Shown: one piece after another, positions 11,776-25,150 of the stretch
Layout of the letters: the number at the start of each line of letters is the position of its first letter
How positions within the stretch are numbered: position 1 is the first letter of the stretch
Assembly: GCF_001447785.1 (NCBI RefSeq)
Contig: NW_015176494.1
Coordinates: 376,794-440,793, forward strand
DNA from: Gekko japonicus
Taxonomy: Eukaryota
Direction: 5' to 3'
DNA length: 64,000 nucleotides
Notes under the pieces: generated by a model
Databases searched by the model: none
Told to the model about the DNA's origin: nothing
Seen by the model: the letters and a program-made list of their open reading frames with translations, nothing else
Position numbers and translations under genes: made by a program

Positions 11776-12284
11776 CTTACTATAATATGAATGTACAAAG
11801 CACGAAAATCACTGGCTAAAGATAAACAAAAATGTATTAAAATAATATTTAATGCCGAGTTCAATAATACAGTCATATAACTATATAAAGCCAAGGTGTT
11901 CTTACAAGAAACAACAGTAATACAGAAAAATAAAGTCACCAAAATTTCAATGTGTCTCACTCCTATTGTATTGTAATTCCATAGCCCATCTTGACTTGAA
12001 TACATAGTTCACCATAGAGTGGACTCATACAGTTCCTGGAAAATCCATATAATCTTGAAATCCATAAACCATAGAAGAGATGTGTAGTCCGGATGCAAGC
12101 TGCCACGTTTCGAATAATTCTTTTTCAAAACCAATAGGCTACAGTGGGACCCAATCTCAGTAGAAGCACATACAGAAGCCAGTTTATTCTGTCACAAAGG
12201 ACCACTACACCAAACCTAATACAGGAAACCACTTTTCTACAAATTTGGGGTAAATTTCTATAGTGGGTGGGAGTGTGGCTAAGA

Positions 12285-13438
12285 TGGGTCAGCAGCATCG
12301 CTAAGGTGATCCTGCTGGGGTGGCCTCCCTGATTAAAGTACCCTGGCCCTACACCTGACAAACACCCGACTGTTTGGTGTGTGTGGGGGGATTGTGTTTA
12401 AAGGCATGAGGGAGGCTTGGCCAGCAGCAGCACTAAGGAAATCCTAAGCAAGCCTCCCCTATGGCTTTAAGGACTCTGCACCCCTTTCAACCCTTGACAG
12501 GCAGTTGTCTGTCAGGTGTGGCAGGAGTAGCATGTCTGAAGGCATCAGGGATGCAGGGCCAGCAGGATTGCTAAGGAGATGCTGCTTAGGTAGCCTCCCC
12601 AATGGATTTCAGTGCTCTCCCCCTGCTCCTGCACCTGACAGACAACCGCGTGTCAGGTGGAGGAGGGGTGTGTGGGAGTGTGTCTAAAGCCACTGGGGAG
12701 GCTGGCCCAGCAGCATTGCTAAGGTGTTTCTGCTTGGGCAGCCTCCCTGATGGATTAAAGTACCCTGGCCCTGCTCCTACACCTGACAGACACCCACCTG
12801 TCTGGTGTTATGGTGGGGGAGTGTGTTTAAAGGCATTGGTGAGACTGGGCCAGCAGCAGTGCTAAGGCGATTCTGCTGAGTAAGCCTCCCTGATGGCTGT
12901 AAGCATCCCACCCCCTCTCCTACACTTGACAGGCAGCTGCCTGTCTAGTGTAGGGGGGGGGGGGGTATTGCAAGCCATTGTGGAGGCTGGGCTTGCTCCC
13001 TGATGGCTTCAAGCACCCTCCAACCGCCTGTCAGGTGTGGGGAGGTGTTTGAAGTCACGGGGAGGCTGGGCCAGCAGCATTATTGCACCTCACAGGTGGT
13101 TGGCCACTCCTGATTTCTTCAACTGTCATTAGCTCTCTGCAGTCTCCTGTAACTGGTTTTGTTTTTTTTACCTCAGAACACTGAGCTCTGCAGCTGACCA
13201 ATCAGAGGGTTGGGGGTGCAAGGAGGCAGCAGCCTGGCAGCCACATAGGAAGCAACGGGGGAGCACATTTTACCCCTTTTGACCCCCTTAGGGGTTGAAT
13301 TTCTAAAAAAATCCCTTCTTACAGAGCATCTACGTCATGGTAGGAACGCTCTCCCCGAATTCCATGTTTCTAGATCCAGGGGTTTGGCTTGGGTGTTGAT
13401 TTTACAGTGAGGGGACTTTCTTTTATATATATATAGAT
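12285..13438 (-). mobile_element. Probable non-autonomous Helitron 5' part with internal palindromic tandem array
   Basis: Minus strand starts a|tctatatatatataaaag (Helitron-type TC 5' end). About six diverged 130-150 bp hairpin units. No CTAG 3' end located. Confidence 0.45.
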
Positions 13439-13927
13439 TAAGAGCTTTTACAAGGTATTTGAAGAGGGGCTGTGGCTTACTGGCAGAGCATCTGTTTGGC
13501 AATGCAGAAGGTCCCAGGTTCAATCCCCAGCATCTCCAGTTAAAAGGATCAGGTAGGGGGTGATGTGAAAGACCTCAGCCTGAGCCCCAGGAGAGCCACT
13601 GCTGATCTGAGTAGACAATACTGACTTTGATGGACCAAGGATCTGATTCAGTCTAAGGCAGCTTCATGTGTTCATATGTTGGTATAAAGTCGAGCTGCTT
13701 TGGCAAGCCCTCCTTTTGAGGGCCGCAGGAAAAGATTTTGATTCACTTTGAGTGAAAGAATAAGCCTGGACTGGGGAAGTCTCACTGAGGTTTGGTGGCT
13801 TTGGGATTTCGGCCTTCTGAGTAAATTCCTAACCCAGGGAAGCCGGCGTTACCACACCAGGCAACACCAAGCCAGTGAACTGTGCTTATGATGCCAAATG
13901 TCCTTAACGATTTCTCCCTCTTCCCAG

Positions 13928-14565
13928 GATTCATTGTGTTTGCCGTGTGCGTGCTGGTGAGCTCTGTTCTTCTCATCTTCGTGGCCGGGCCTCGTTATGG
14001 ACAGAGCAACATCTTAGTGTACGTTCTGGTCTGCTCCGCCATCGGTTCGCTCTCAGTTTCATCCGTCAAAGGCTTGGGCATTGCCATTAAAGAGCTCTTC
14101 GCTGGGAAGCCTGTTTGGAAAGAACCGTTGGGCTGGATCCTCTTGGTGTGCCTCGTGATCTGCATCAGTATCCAGATCAACTACCTGAACAAGGCCTTGG
14201 ACATCTTCAACACCTCTGTGGTGACTCCCATCTACTACGTTCTCTTCACCACCGCCGTTATGACCTGTTCGGCCATCCTCTTCAAGGAGTGGCAGCACAT
14301 GGTTCTGATGAACATCATCGGCACCATCAGCGGCTTCCTCACCATCGTGTTTGGCATCTTCCTTCTGCACGCTTTTAGAGACGTCCCCTTCACGGCAGAC
14401 CTGCTGCCTCTGTTCCTGAGGCGCGACCGAACAGACGTGCAGGCAGCTTCTTGGAGAAAGGGGGACAAGAACTCGTCCTGCCTTCACCAGCCCCTTTTGG
14501 AATCAGAGGACAGGCTCAGAGAGGGGGGAGAGAAAGCAGAGGTGGAGGGAGACCAGAGTTTCTGA
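13928..14565 (+). CDS. NIPA2-like terminal coding exon
   Basis: ttcccag acceptor; (G)[10 protein letters not shown]...[27 protein letters not shown]...GIFLLHAF...; TGA stop. Confidence 0.92.
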
Positions 14566-16179
14566 AAACTCATGGACTGTTGGCTCCGACAGCAAACCAG
14601 CCTTGGTGCTCTTCCAAAGAACTTGACTGCTGCTGCTGCTGCTTTTGAGCAGACCACTTGAATCCGTCATGGGTTACCCTGCAGTACTATTTAACTGGTA
14701 ACCTGCTTGAACCCAATCATGGGTTACCCTGAAGTACTTGAGAAGACTATTTAACTGGTAACCTGCTTGAACCCAACGATAACAGTTAGTTCGAGCGCAG
14801 GCTCACAGCTCTCATCTCACCTGGCTTCAGTATTGTCAGTTGTCTCCCTTCTCTCCGGGCTTCCATCAGTAGCCTGGAGGGAATTGGAAGAAGTCAGGCA
14901 GATCGGACGCCAAAGAACTATGCAACTTTTCCTCTGTCCCTGAGGAATCCTTGCAGTCAACCCTCCTGCGGCTTTTCCTCTGTCCCTGAGTGGGTTTCTG
15001 AGGAATCCTTGCAGTCAACCCTCCTGCACAGTGAAAACAGCTTTTGAAACTGCCTATAGTTCAGAAGTGTTTGATGATGGGGAGTGTGTAGTGCTCCAAA
15101 GGTGGGGGGGGGGAAGGCCAACACTCTTATAAGGTGCACACAAGCCTTTGGGCGTACCTAAAGCATCTTTGAGAGGGTTCCCAGCCAGAGGCAGGAATGA
15201 ATGAGGAAGAGGGTTCGTCTTCCTTTCACTCTTGGCTCTGATTCCTGGGCCATTTCAGCATCTTAGACAGATGAGATAAGGCTCATATGACCAGGGGGAG
15301 CTTGCATGTGGGCAGTGAAAGGAACATACAGGAGATAGGAGGGATTCTCTTTGCATTTCTCCTCTTGGTCATTTTAGGGAAAAGGGGTGAAGACTCAGGG
15401 AGAGGAAAAACAGCAGGCGGCTTGGTCCTGCCACACAGTGGACCACTGATAAATTTCGGTGCTAAGCCAGGGCAGAGGAATGATCTCAGACCCTTTGTGT
15501 ACATGTGCTTTTGAAAAACACCACATGGCTGCTTCATCAAAATCAGTGCGACTTGCATTCATATAAGCATGTTTAAGCCCACGAGCCTTATGAGAACGTA
15601 GCTATCGCTCTGGGTACGTGTGTCTAATCTTGGCAATAACCGTGTCCTACCACTTTCGGAATGTAAAGCCAATGCATTGTGGACGGCCTTAAACATTAAC
15701 TTTAAACATTTTGAAGTGTTAACAGTTTACAAATGATTTAAAATGAATGTGTTACTTTTGTGCAGCATTGCAGCTCCCACAGTGGTAACACTTGTTGCAG
15801 ACGTAATATATATGGCTTTTTAAAAAACCAAAAACCTGAGTTCGTAGCATTTTAGTTCAAAGTCATTTGTGTCTTTTGCTACCTATTAAGTACCAGTTTG
15901 GCTCAATGGTTATGAGTCATTTGTTGCTTCAGGCCCAAGACCTGTCCTGTGGTATTTGCCAATCTCCACATACTGTGGCTTTTTTGCCTCCAGAATTTCT
16001 CCTGGTGGAAAAATGAGATCACTTCTTTGAATCCCAGTCTCTTCTACACCCCCCCCCAGTCATGTCTGTAGAACAGCACAACATTTAGCCAGAGTCACTT
16101 GCAGCTGCTTGCCTTTTTTCTTTTAGTGACACACCATGCCTCATATTAAAAACTAGCCTGGATGGACACTTGTTGCCGT

Positions 16180-16525
16180 AAAGGTAAAGGTTTCCCTTGC
16201 TTGAAAGCTAGTCGAACCCGACTCTAGGGGGTGGTGCTCATCTCCGTTTCCAAGCCGAAGAGCCAGCACTGTCCAAAGACATTTCCGTGGTTATGTGGCC
16301 AGTATGACTAAACGCCAAGGCGCACGGAACGCTGTTACCTTCCCACCAAAGTGGTACCTATTTGTTTACTTGCAATTTTTTGCTTTCGAACTGCTAGGTT
16401 GGCAGGAGCTGGGGCCAGAGACAGGAGCTCACTCTGTCATGCGGCATTAGGGTCTCGAACTGCCGAGCTACAGATCTTCTGGTCTGCAGCTCAGCGTCTC
16501 TTAACCTCTAAGCCACCATGTCCCC
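16180..16525 (-). mobile_element. Sauria SINE
   Basis: Same family, more diverged. Confidence 0.8.
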
Positions 16526-16748
16526 TCACTTGTTGCCTTACACCACTATAAATGTGCAGCGATAGGAACAAAGATGCATTCACAGCAGAGGGAGATTCTC
16601 AGGAAATCCTATTACTGCCTGAGCCTATAAAGACTGATAGCAGCAGCACTTACCTCCTCTATTTTCCATAAACTTTTAAAAGCTCCTTTCCCATCCTCAT
16701 TAGCTGCAGGATTCCTGTGGCTCTCCTCTACTACCTCCCTGTTATCCT

Positions 16749-17065
16749 TGCTCGAAAGCCAGTCGAATCCGACTCTAGGGTTGCGGTGCTCATCTCCGTT
16801 TCCAAGCCGAAGAGCCAGCGCTGTCCGAAGACGTTTCCGTGGTCATGTGGCCGGCATGACCAAACACCGAGGCGCACGGAACGCTGTTACCTTCCCACCA
16901 AAGTGGTACCTATTTATCTACTTGCAATTTCTTGCTTTCGAACTAAGTTGGCAGGAGCTGGAACTAGAGACAGGAGCTCACCCCGTCTTGCAGCACCCGG
17001 GTCTTGAACTGCTGAACTACTGACCTTCCACAGCCTGCAGTTCAGCGTCTTAACCACTTGAGCCA
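16749..17065 (-). mobile_element. Sauria SINE flanked by a 24-bp direct repeat
   Basis: cctctactacctccctgttatcct at 16725-16748 and 17066-17089. Confidence 0.85.
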
Positions 17066-17335
17066 CCTCTACTACCTCCCTGTTATCCTGGCAAGCATTC
17101 CAAAACTGCCTTTTAGAATTCAGGGTATGCCCAAGATTTCTTTTCTGGGTCCACCACATTGTCCTTCCAGGATATTGAGTGTTTTGGTACAGAATTCTTA
17201 GAAACTATGGAGTCTCAATCTGCAGGAAGACCACAAAATCCTTCCCCTCTCCCAAGCCATTTCCAGCCCCAGGAAAGTTTATTCCCATGGTTGAGGGACC
17301 TGCATGGATTTACAGCAGTGCTGGTCCCAAGCAGC

Positions 17336-18710
17336 ACATAACAGAAACCATGTTGGATCAGGCCAATGGCCTATCCAGTCCAACACTCTNNNNNNNNNNN
17401 NNNNNNNNNNNNNNNNNNNNNNNNNNNNNNNNNNNNNNNNNNNNNNNNNNNNNNNNNNNNNNNNNNNNNNNNNNNNNNNNNNNNNNNNNNNNNNNNNNNN
17501 NNNNNNNNNNNNNNNNNNNNNNNNNNNNNNNNNNNNNNNNNNNNNNNNNNNNNNNNNNNNNNNNNNNNNNNNNNNNNNNNNNNNNNNNNNNNNNNNNNNN
17601 NNNNNAACTGTACACTGTATTCCAAATGAAGCCACACCATCAATTTATACAGGGGCATTATGATACTGGCTGATTTGTTTTCAAGTCCCTAATAATCCCC
17701 AGCACAGCATATGCCTTTTTTATTGCCATTGCACACTGAGTCGACATTTTCAGTGAGTTATCTACCATGACTCCAAGATCTCTCTCCTGGTCCTCTCCTG
17801 GTCAGTCTCCGCCAGTTCAGACCTCATGAATGTGTATAGTTTGGATTTTTTGCTCCAATGTGCATTACTTTAAATCTCATTTGCCATGTTGATACCCACT
17901 TGCCCAGCTTCGACAGATCCCTCTGGAGCACCTCACAATCCTCCCTGGTTCTCACCACCCTGAACAACTTAAGTGTCATCCACAAACTTAGCCACTTCAC
18001 TGCTTACTCCCAGCTCCAAATCATTAGGGAACAAGTTAAAAAGCACCAGACCCAGTAATAAGCCCTGTGGTACCCCACTGCTTACCACCCTCCACTGTGA
18101 AAACTGTCCATTTATACTCATTTTCTGTTTCCTGTTAATTAGCCAGTTTTTATTCCACAAGAGGACTTATCCTCTTATCCCATGAGTGCTGAGTTTACTT
18201 AGGAGCCTTTGATGAGGAATTTTATCAAAAGCTTTCCGGAAGTCTAGGTAAACAACATCTATTGGGTCACCCTGTCCACATTTGTTGACCTCAAAGATCT
18301 CTAATAGGTTAGTCAGACAAATTCTTTCCTTACAAAACCCATGCTGATTTTTCCTTAGTAGCTTTTGTTCATCTATGTGCCTACTAATTCTGTCTTTAAT
18401 AGCGGATTCCACCAACTTACCTGGTATCAACGTTAGACTGACCAGCCTGTAATTTCCTGGATCTCCTCTGGAACCCTTTTTAAAGATGGAGGTTACATTA
18501 GCTACCTTCCTTGGGAATGGAGGCAGATTTAATGATAGACTGCATATTTTTGTCAGGAGATCCGCAAGTTCACATTTGAGTTCTTTCAGAACTCTTGGAT
18601 ATATGCCATCTGGGCCTGGTGATTTGTCAGTTTTTAATTTGTCCATCAGTCGTAGGACCTCCTGTCTCGTCACCTCAATCTGACTCAGGTCTTTCAGCTC
18701 CCCTCCTGAA
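17336..18710 (-). mobile_element. CR1 LINE, degraded reverse transcriptase and 3' end
   Basis: KSPGPDGIYPRVLKEL, PGNYRLVSLT, VVYLDFRKAFDKIPH, SGVPQG, KFVDDT motifs. Confidence 0.92.
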
Positions 18711-20201
18711 ATCAGCTGTTAGTTTAGTAAGCCCCTATTTCCCCCACCCAAGAATAAATTTTCACAAGGTTAGAAAGGAAGATCCTGTGATCCTTGCACA
18801 AATGGATTGCAGGATCCAACCCACAGTCTCTAAACATTGGGATGGGGAAAATCCTAGACTATTGGTGCCATTCACTGCTGGTTTGGAGTCTCCAACTCTT
18901 TGGCTTTGGTTAGGTGAGACATAAGCTGCTATATGAACAAACCCTGGAGGAAGCTTCAGGTAATCCTTGCTCTTCTCCACTCCAAACCAGGCAAAATACT
19001 TAAGAAACTTCTGCTTTGGGGGCAAGCTGACATTTGTTGTTACAAGACAAGCAGCTTTTGGTGTGTTCTCCCTGCAAGTCATGTGTCCAAGCTATATTAA
19101 CAGTGCAGATCCAGAAACTGATCTGCAAGAGCCCTGTTATTTGCAAGAATATAGTATTGCACTTGGTAAAAAATTATGGAAACTGTGTTTATAGGACCAT
19201 AGCCTTATTTAGGAGTAAAAGCCCATTCAACTCAGTAGGAGTTATTTTCAAGTAAATGTGCAAACTGGGTGTTACCATAAAATGATTTCTTCTCTTTCTT
19301 GTACTGCTGGGTTGGATTTCAGGAAAGAGAAGAACACTGGTCATTTCCTGGCTATCCCTACTGGGTCATGGATCCAGCTGTGGGGCTTGCTCTCAGCCTC
19401 AGTAGTCCCACCCATAAGAAAAATCAACTCCCATTCTGGTATTTTTGTTGTAAAGGGAAATTGTCCAAATGCTAATCCAAAGGGTAACATTTTAAAAATA
19501 CAGCAAGCACCAGAAAGAGCAACATGCACGGAACGTAGTCTTAAATTCACTGTTTTCCCCTCTGCAACCAAGAGCACCCAAGTAATTCTGCATTTCTTGT
19601 TGCTCAATATCCTCAAATCGATTGAATACATAAAGCAGGTGAAATGATGCCCCCTTACATTTGTTCTCTGGTCAGTGCCCAACTCCTTGAAACAAGAATG
19701 AAACGCTACACCTAAACTCTACACGCTAAAGATTTGGCTTCCTGGAGGATACATCCACATGGCTAGACAGATAAGGGTTTTTTTTAAAGTTATGGGTTCT
19801 GCAACATATGTACACATTTAGGAACATGTGGAAGGTTGATAAAACATGGGCCTTGTTTGCAGCGTTATTTGTGTGGCCTAAAGAATAAAAACATGGTTGC
19901 CTGTGCAAATCAAACTCTGTCTCATCTACTGATGGGTTCCATCGGTTTAAGCAACAATTTAGATGAGAAAAAGAAACCCACACAAGTAATCCTCCCCCCT
20001 CCCCAGCCACAGATTTTCAGAGAAATAGGCAACAAGATTAGTATAGCACCAGTACACTTTTTTCATTCTTGTGTAATTTTTTGCACAGATGGCAATGATC
20101 AGATTATCTAAAACTAACGGAAACATCCTGATTAATTTCGAGGCATGCTTGCTGGACTAGCATTTGCAAAATTCTAGAAAACAAAAAAACATACCCGTAA
20201 A

Positions 20202-20408
20202 CAATGCTCCCTCTAAGCTGTGGAGTCTGGTGAGCAAAAGTACTATTTTGTGAGCTGCTGGCATTAAAGTTGTGAGTCAGCAATCTGGCTACTGCATAAA
20301 CTAGTTTGCTCCGGAGCCATCCCTTCCTGAGCTAAGACAAAAATTGGTGAGCTGGAGGCTAAAAAACTGTGAGCCAGTTCACACTAACTCAGCTTAGAGG
20401 AAACACTG
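20202..20408. mobile_element. hAT MITE, same family (also 25198-25381, 56251-56451)
   Basis: TSD cccgtaaa/cccataaa; same TIRs and internal sequence. Confidence 0.85.
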
Positions 20409-22078
20409 CCCATAAATCAACTCTAAAAAGTAATTATTTTTATCCCTGCTTTCTTATAGCAGAGCAGAAGCAGCTGCTAGATACAGTGGAACAACCAAGA
20501 TACTATATGGAAATAAAACCAGAGAATCTTGCGGCAACATGAAGATCAATATGTTGTGGTTTAGCACAAATGAATAAAATGTCTCTCCCCCCCCCCCCCC
20601 GTACTTGAGAATATACACGCCTACTGATTTAGGTAACCACTTTAGGTACCTGTTGGTGGGCTTCAGGCTGCAAAACCTTAGCTCCACAATGCATTTGCGA
20701 GTATTTAAGTTGCCATAAAGTTTATGCTGCAACAGATTAACACAACTATTATAATTACTTCAGTGACTACAGCTGGCAGAATAATTCACACAGAAGAATG
20801 TATAAGCTGTACTTATTCCTACGTACCAGCCAATTCCTTTTCTAAGGAATAGTCATTTTAAAGCTGCCCAGCTTCTACCTGACAATTCACTCGGTTGCTT
20901 GTGGTGAAGATCCCCTCCAGCTGATCAGGCAAGGAAACTTTGCCAAAGTTGTCTCTTTAGGGGCCACAAATCGCTACTATACCTATATACTAGCAGACAG
21001 GCTAGTAGAAACACTGGTTGCAAAATAACTCTGGAGGACATTTACAGGACTAAGGTTGACATCCATTGTACGTGCTAACTAATTTGTGGACTATTGCTCA
21101 GGAAAATCGTGAGCTGCGTTGCCCGATACTACTTGCCAGAATTTTTCTACAGGATACACCGTATTTCAGATTATCGTGATTTACTACCCAGCGTTCCCCC
21201 TGTACCTGAATTCCAGCAAATCTAGTTGAAGTAATAAATGCCACCAACTCTACAGGCAGTTTTCAACAGATCCAATTGATGTTTATTCCACTGGTCGGGA
21301 GAAAGCAGCGAATGGGAAAAGTTAGTATTAACTCTTGTATTTCTCAAGTGACGTGTCTACGTGACCAGACAAGTGACAATCCCCCCCAACAGCTGTATTG
21401 TGGGGGGGGAGGTATTCCTAGCCATTTTAAAGAGGATGTGAGTAAGCACCTCCTGAAGGACCACAGGGTTCTACTGGCATACTAGTGCAAGTGAAGCCCA
21501 CCTTCCCCTGGTTTAGCTGCAGGGCCCAGCTGTGGTGCACAAAGGTCCACGGAGTCACAGGTGAGTCTGCTGCCTGGCTTAAAAGAGTAGTGCTAAAGCG
21601 CAGCACCGTTCGTAAAAGGCACATTTCCACCCCTGCCTTTCCCAAAATTCACATTAAGTGTCTGAAGCCTCCCAAGCCTCCCTATTTCAAGAAAGACGTT
21701 TTCTCAAGTATGAACAGATTGTGCTTCCCAGGCCAAGCCTTTGGGGAAAGCAAGACGGCCAAAGCCACACAACTGAGGTGTGAAGCTTCCGTTATTAAAA
21801 GAAAACGGGGCAGCACAAGCCCACGGCGGGTAGCAAATGTGTGATGCTGCATGGCCTCGTTGGCCCGACTGTTTTTGTTCACAAGGTGGGTAACTGAAAA
21901 CCAGAACCGATTGTCTTGGTAGGAAGTCCTGGAACCTGTCACAAAGGAGGAGGCCCACCTCCTGCACAGCCTCTTTTCACTGTCGGTCCTTTTCCTCTGC
22001 TCTCCCTTTTTCCTCCTCTCCCAACTTGGTCGGACGTTTTCCTCTAGTTAAAGAAACAGAGATGCCAATGCCCCCGGC

Positions 22079-22240
22079 TCAGTCAGACAGGTTCTCCGAG
22101 AAGGCCGACTTAGATTTCTGTGTCTGCTCCAACCGGTTGAGGATAAACTGGCTTGTATCTATGAAGCGTTCCACACAGTTCACAAAGCAGGTCTCTGCTC
22201 GGCTGTCCAGCTTGGGCCCAGGTTTGTCCATGCATTTCTC
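22079..22240 (-). CDS. TIMM8A: TIMM8A exon 2
   Basis: 162 nt, [53 protein letters not shown]; completes the twin CX3C motif. Confidence 0.97.
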   Translation of the reverse strand, partial: EKCMDKPGPKLDSRAETCFVNCVERFIDTSQFILNRLEQTQKSKSAFSENLSD

Positions 22241-23284
22241 CTGTTTGAGATGTGAAAGGGAGAGAGTCAGCCTGTGCACAGAAAGGAGCAGCGGTGCATT
22301 CTGAACAGCAGAACCCGCACAAAGCATACAGCCTTTCTTTGTGATACACAGCAGGGACACACCCAGCTTCCCTGCTGTTCAAAACAGCCGAACATCCATC
22401 CTACCCCTTAGGTTCTCTTTCCATACTTATCCCCTTCCCCAGTGCCACCACCACTGCTCACGACTGTAGCAGGAGAAATGACGAGAGTTATAGGATTAAA
22501 GAATCACAGAGTCGGAAGGGGTCCTACAGGACATCTAGTCCAACCCCCTGTTCAATGCAAGATCAGCCTAGAACACCCCTGACAAGTGTCCAGCAGCTGC
22601 TTAACAAATACATAAACACACATATAAAACACAAAGCAACATCTTCCGCCACTGCAGGCTCGCAACATCTCCACCCGGTTCCCAGATTGCTTGGCAAGCA
22701 GAAGGTCCAAGGTTCACTCTCTGGCATTTCTAGTTAAAAGTATCTCAGACAGAAGGGCAATGAAAGACTCCTGTCCGATCGCCTTGGGCCTTCCAAGTGT
22801 GGGCCAGATAGACCACACACACACACCCCTTAACAATTCCACATCGTAGCAGGATTGTATCTGCTCTCTGTGTGCTTCAACCCAAATCTTTCAGGAAGTA
22901 CCCACAAGCCTAGCGCCACACAAAAGGCTAGCTGAAGTAGGCATCTTCATGTCATCTTTTCCACCACTGCCACTGAAAGACCTTTTACCGATACTGGCCT
23001 AAGCAACAGTTGAATCCACTTGTCTGAGTTTCCATCAGCTTACACAGTTTGCAGCTGGCCAGATGTGACGATCATCAGTGGCTTTGTTGACCTTAAAGGG
23101 GATTTAGACCAACTTGAGGAGAACAGATCTATTAATCACTATTAGCCCTACCTGCTAAATGGAACTGCCAGGTTCAGAGGCCCTTATTAATTCATGAATT
23201 AATCGGAAGCATCTGGCTGGCCGTAGTAGGAAACAGGATTAACAGGCTATATGCACCTTGGTCTGATCCACCAGGACTCTTACG

Positions 23285-23902
23285 TAGAGATGTGAAGGCC
23301 CAGAAAAAACCCAGAAAAAATCGGGGGAAAACCCCCACTTTTTTCCTAAAGCCTTTTTTTATTTTTTTCTGAAAAATTGAAAAAAGAAAAAAAATTGATT
23401 ATGGAACGTTTTATTTTAACACAATGAATAAAATATTTTAAGACAAGGTGTTCAAATATTTTCCAAATCATTTCTAAAAATATGTATGGTATCAGATTGA
23501 TCTAATTTACGTGCACTGAGGACAAGCAAGTCCTAGGTTACAAACTGAACTCTCCAATGCAAGAACAAGATGCATTTCTTCCTTTAGGAGGTGCTATTGT
23601 CACAAGAAAAGGAAAAGGTTTCAGTTTTGTTTTTGCATGTGCGTGGGGGGTATTCTGCTTGTAATAATTGTTTGGATACACTATATTTTTAATATGCGAG
23701 TTGTGATAATTTCATGCCAAGTAAAAATGTCCATAGTCCTATTTTACGTTCCTAAAGTAACAGAATGACTTTCAATCTGGAAAAGAAAAAAAGAAGTGCT
23801 AATGTAGCATTTTTTTTCAATTTTCCCAAAAATTTCCACTTCCCCCCCAAAAACCCAGAGTTTTTTCCAAGCTTCAAAATTTTCAGAAATTTTACATCTC
23901 TA
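23285..23902. mobile_element. hAT non-autonomous element in the TIMM8A intron
   Basis: tagagatgt / acatctcta TIRs; TSD ctcttacg/ctcttatg. Confidence 0.85.
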
Positions 23903-24439
23903 CTCTTATGTACTGTGCACTGATCCTTCTATTTACGATCAATTTTTAATGAAATCATTTTAACAGTTTTGTGCAATGGAAAAATGCTAGCTTCTTTCAG
24001 TAGGGAGTATAAATCCAACCAAACAACTACAACAGTCTGACCTCAGGTAAAACTCAACAGCACAAACATAACTTGCTGGATCAAACCATGTAATCCAGAA
24101 TTCTGATTCCTATAGTGGCTTGTTTGTGGCTGTCCTGGAAGGCCCACAAACAGGGTCATAGGAACCAAAGCCGACCTGTTGTTGCCCCCCCCAGCAACTG
24201 CCATTCAGAGATATACTGCCACTGAACATGGAGGATCTATTTAGCCCATCACGGCAAATATCTCTTTATATGTAATCCCTTTTTAAAGTCACCTCCGCTA
24301 CATCACAGAATCACAGAGTTGGAAGGGGCCGTACAGGCCATCTAGTCCAATCCCCCGGTCAATGCAGTATCAGTGCACTGTAGCAGTGAGCTCCACAAGA
24401 GAATTATGCATTGTGCGAATAAATATTTTGCCACCTGAA

Positions 24440-25150
24440 AACATAAATCCACTTCCTCTCTCCTGACCGAATACCTGACGCCGCGTACAGTAAGTCAGAC
24501 CAAGTCTTCTAACAGACTTTCCCACCACCGGCCAACAAAGGTCTTTAACCTGGTGGGAAACCGAACCCGGAACCCTCCGCACGCAAATCATGGAGGAAAC
24601 ACTCCCAGTTCTTTCGCAACGGGAAAGTCGCAGGCGTCGGAGGATCGCTGCCGTCCCGCCCGCTGTGTAAAGGCACAAGAGGCGTGCAGGCCACTCTTGC
24701 TGGAGAAGCTGCCCCCCCCCCTCCTCCTCCACCCCCGGCGGCGCTTCTTCCCGCCCTACCCAGCAGAGCTCCGTCATCTGGTGCACGAGCTGCTGGAAGC
24801 GCTGCTTCTGCGTCTCCACCTCGATGAAGTGCTGCAGCTGCGGGTCGTTGACGGCCGCCCCCAGGTCCCCCGCGGCGGACGAAGAGTCCATGCCCAGCCC
24901 GCCGAACGAAGCAAAGGAACAGCGAAACGGGCAGCAGCGAGGCGACCTTCACGTGCCTCCCCCGGCCGGCCCACCGCGCATGCTCGCCAAGCCCTCATTT
25001 CCGGGGAGGCCACGCATGTGCGGAACTCAACGCGCGTCTTTTGCCTCCAAGCGTAGCGCGCACCATAGAGTCGAAGAAGGCTAGCGTGTGTCCTATATGC
25101 CCCCCTAATGGGGGGGGAGGGCGGAACCCGGCTGGCGACATGTGACTGCG
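24440..25150 (-). promoter_or_regulatory. TIMM8A CpG-island promoter
   Basis: Dense CpG; NRF1-like cgcgcatgc (24975-24983), ETS/GABP-like tttccgg (~24998), E-box cacgtg (~24950). Confidence 0.75.
24760..24891 (-). CDS. TIMM8A: TIMM8A exon 1
   Basis: 132 nt, [44 protein letters not shown], gtagg donor. Intact 97-aa ORF overall. Confidence 0.97.

Larger units (their letters stand above)
9565..14565 (+). pseudogene. NIPA2-like magnesium transporter paralog, two internal exons missing in this sequence
   Basis: Exons of 139, 161 and 638 nt with NIPA2-like translation. Sum is 938, not divisible by 3; the expected 57- and 91-nt exons are absent from ungapped 9704-10250. Confidence 0.7.

Noticed and set aside
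12285-13110. Repeat-spacer appearance resembling CRISPR
   Set aside because: Eukaryotic context; the whole unit repeats with no unique spacers and no cas genes.
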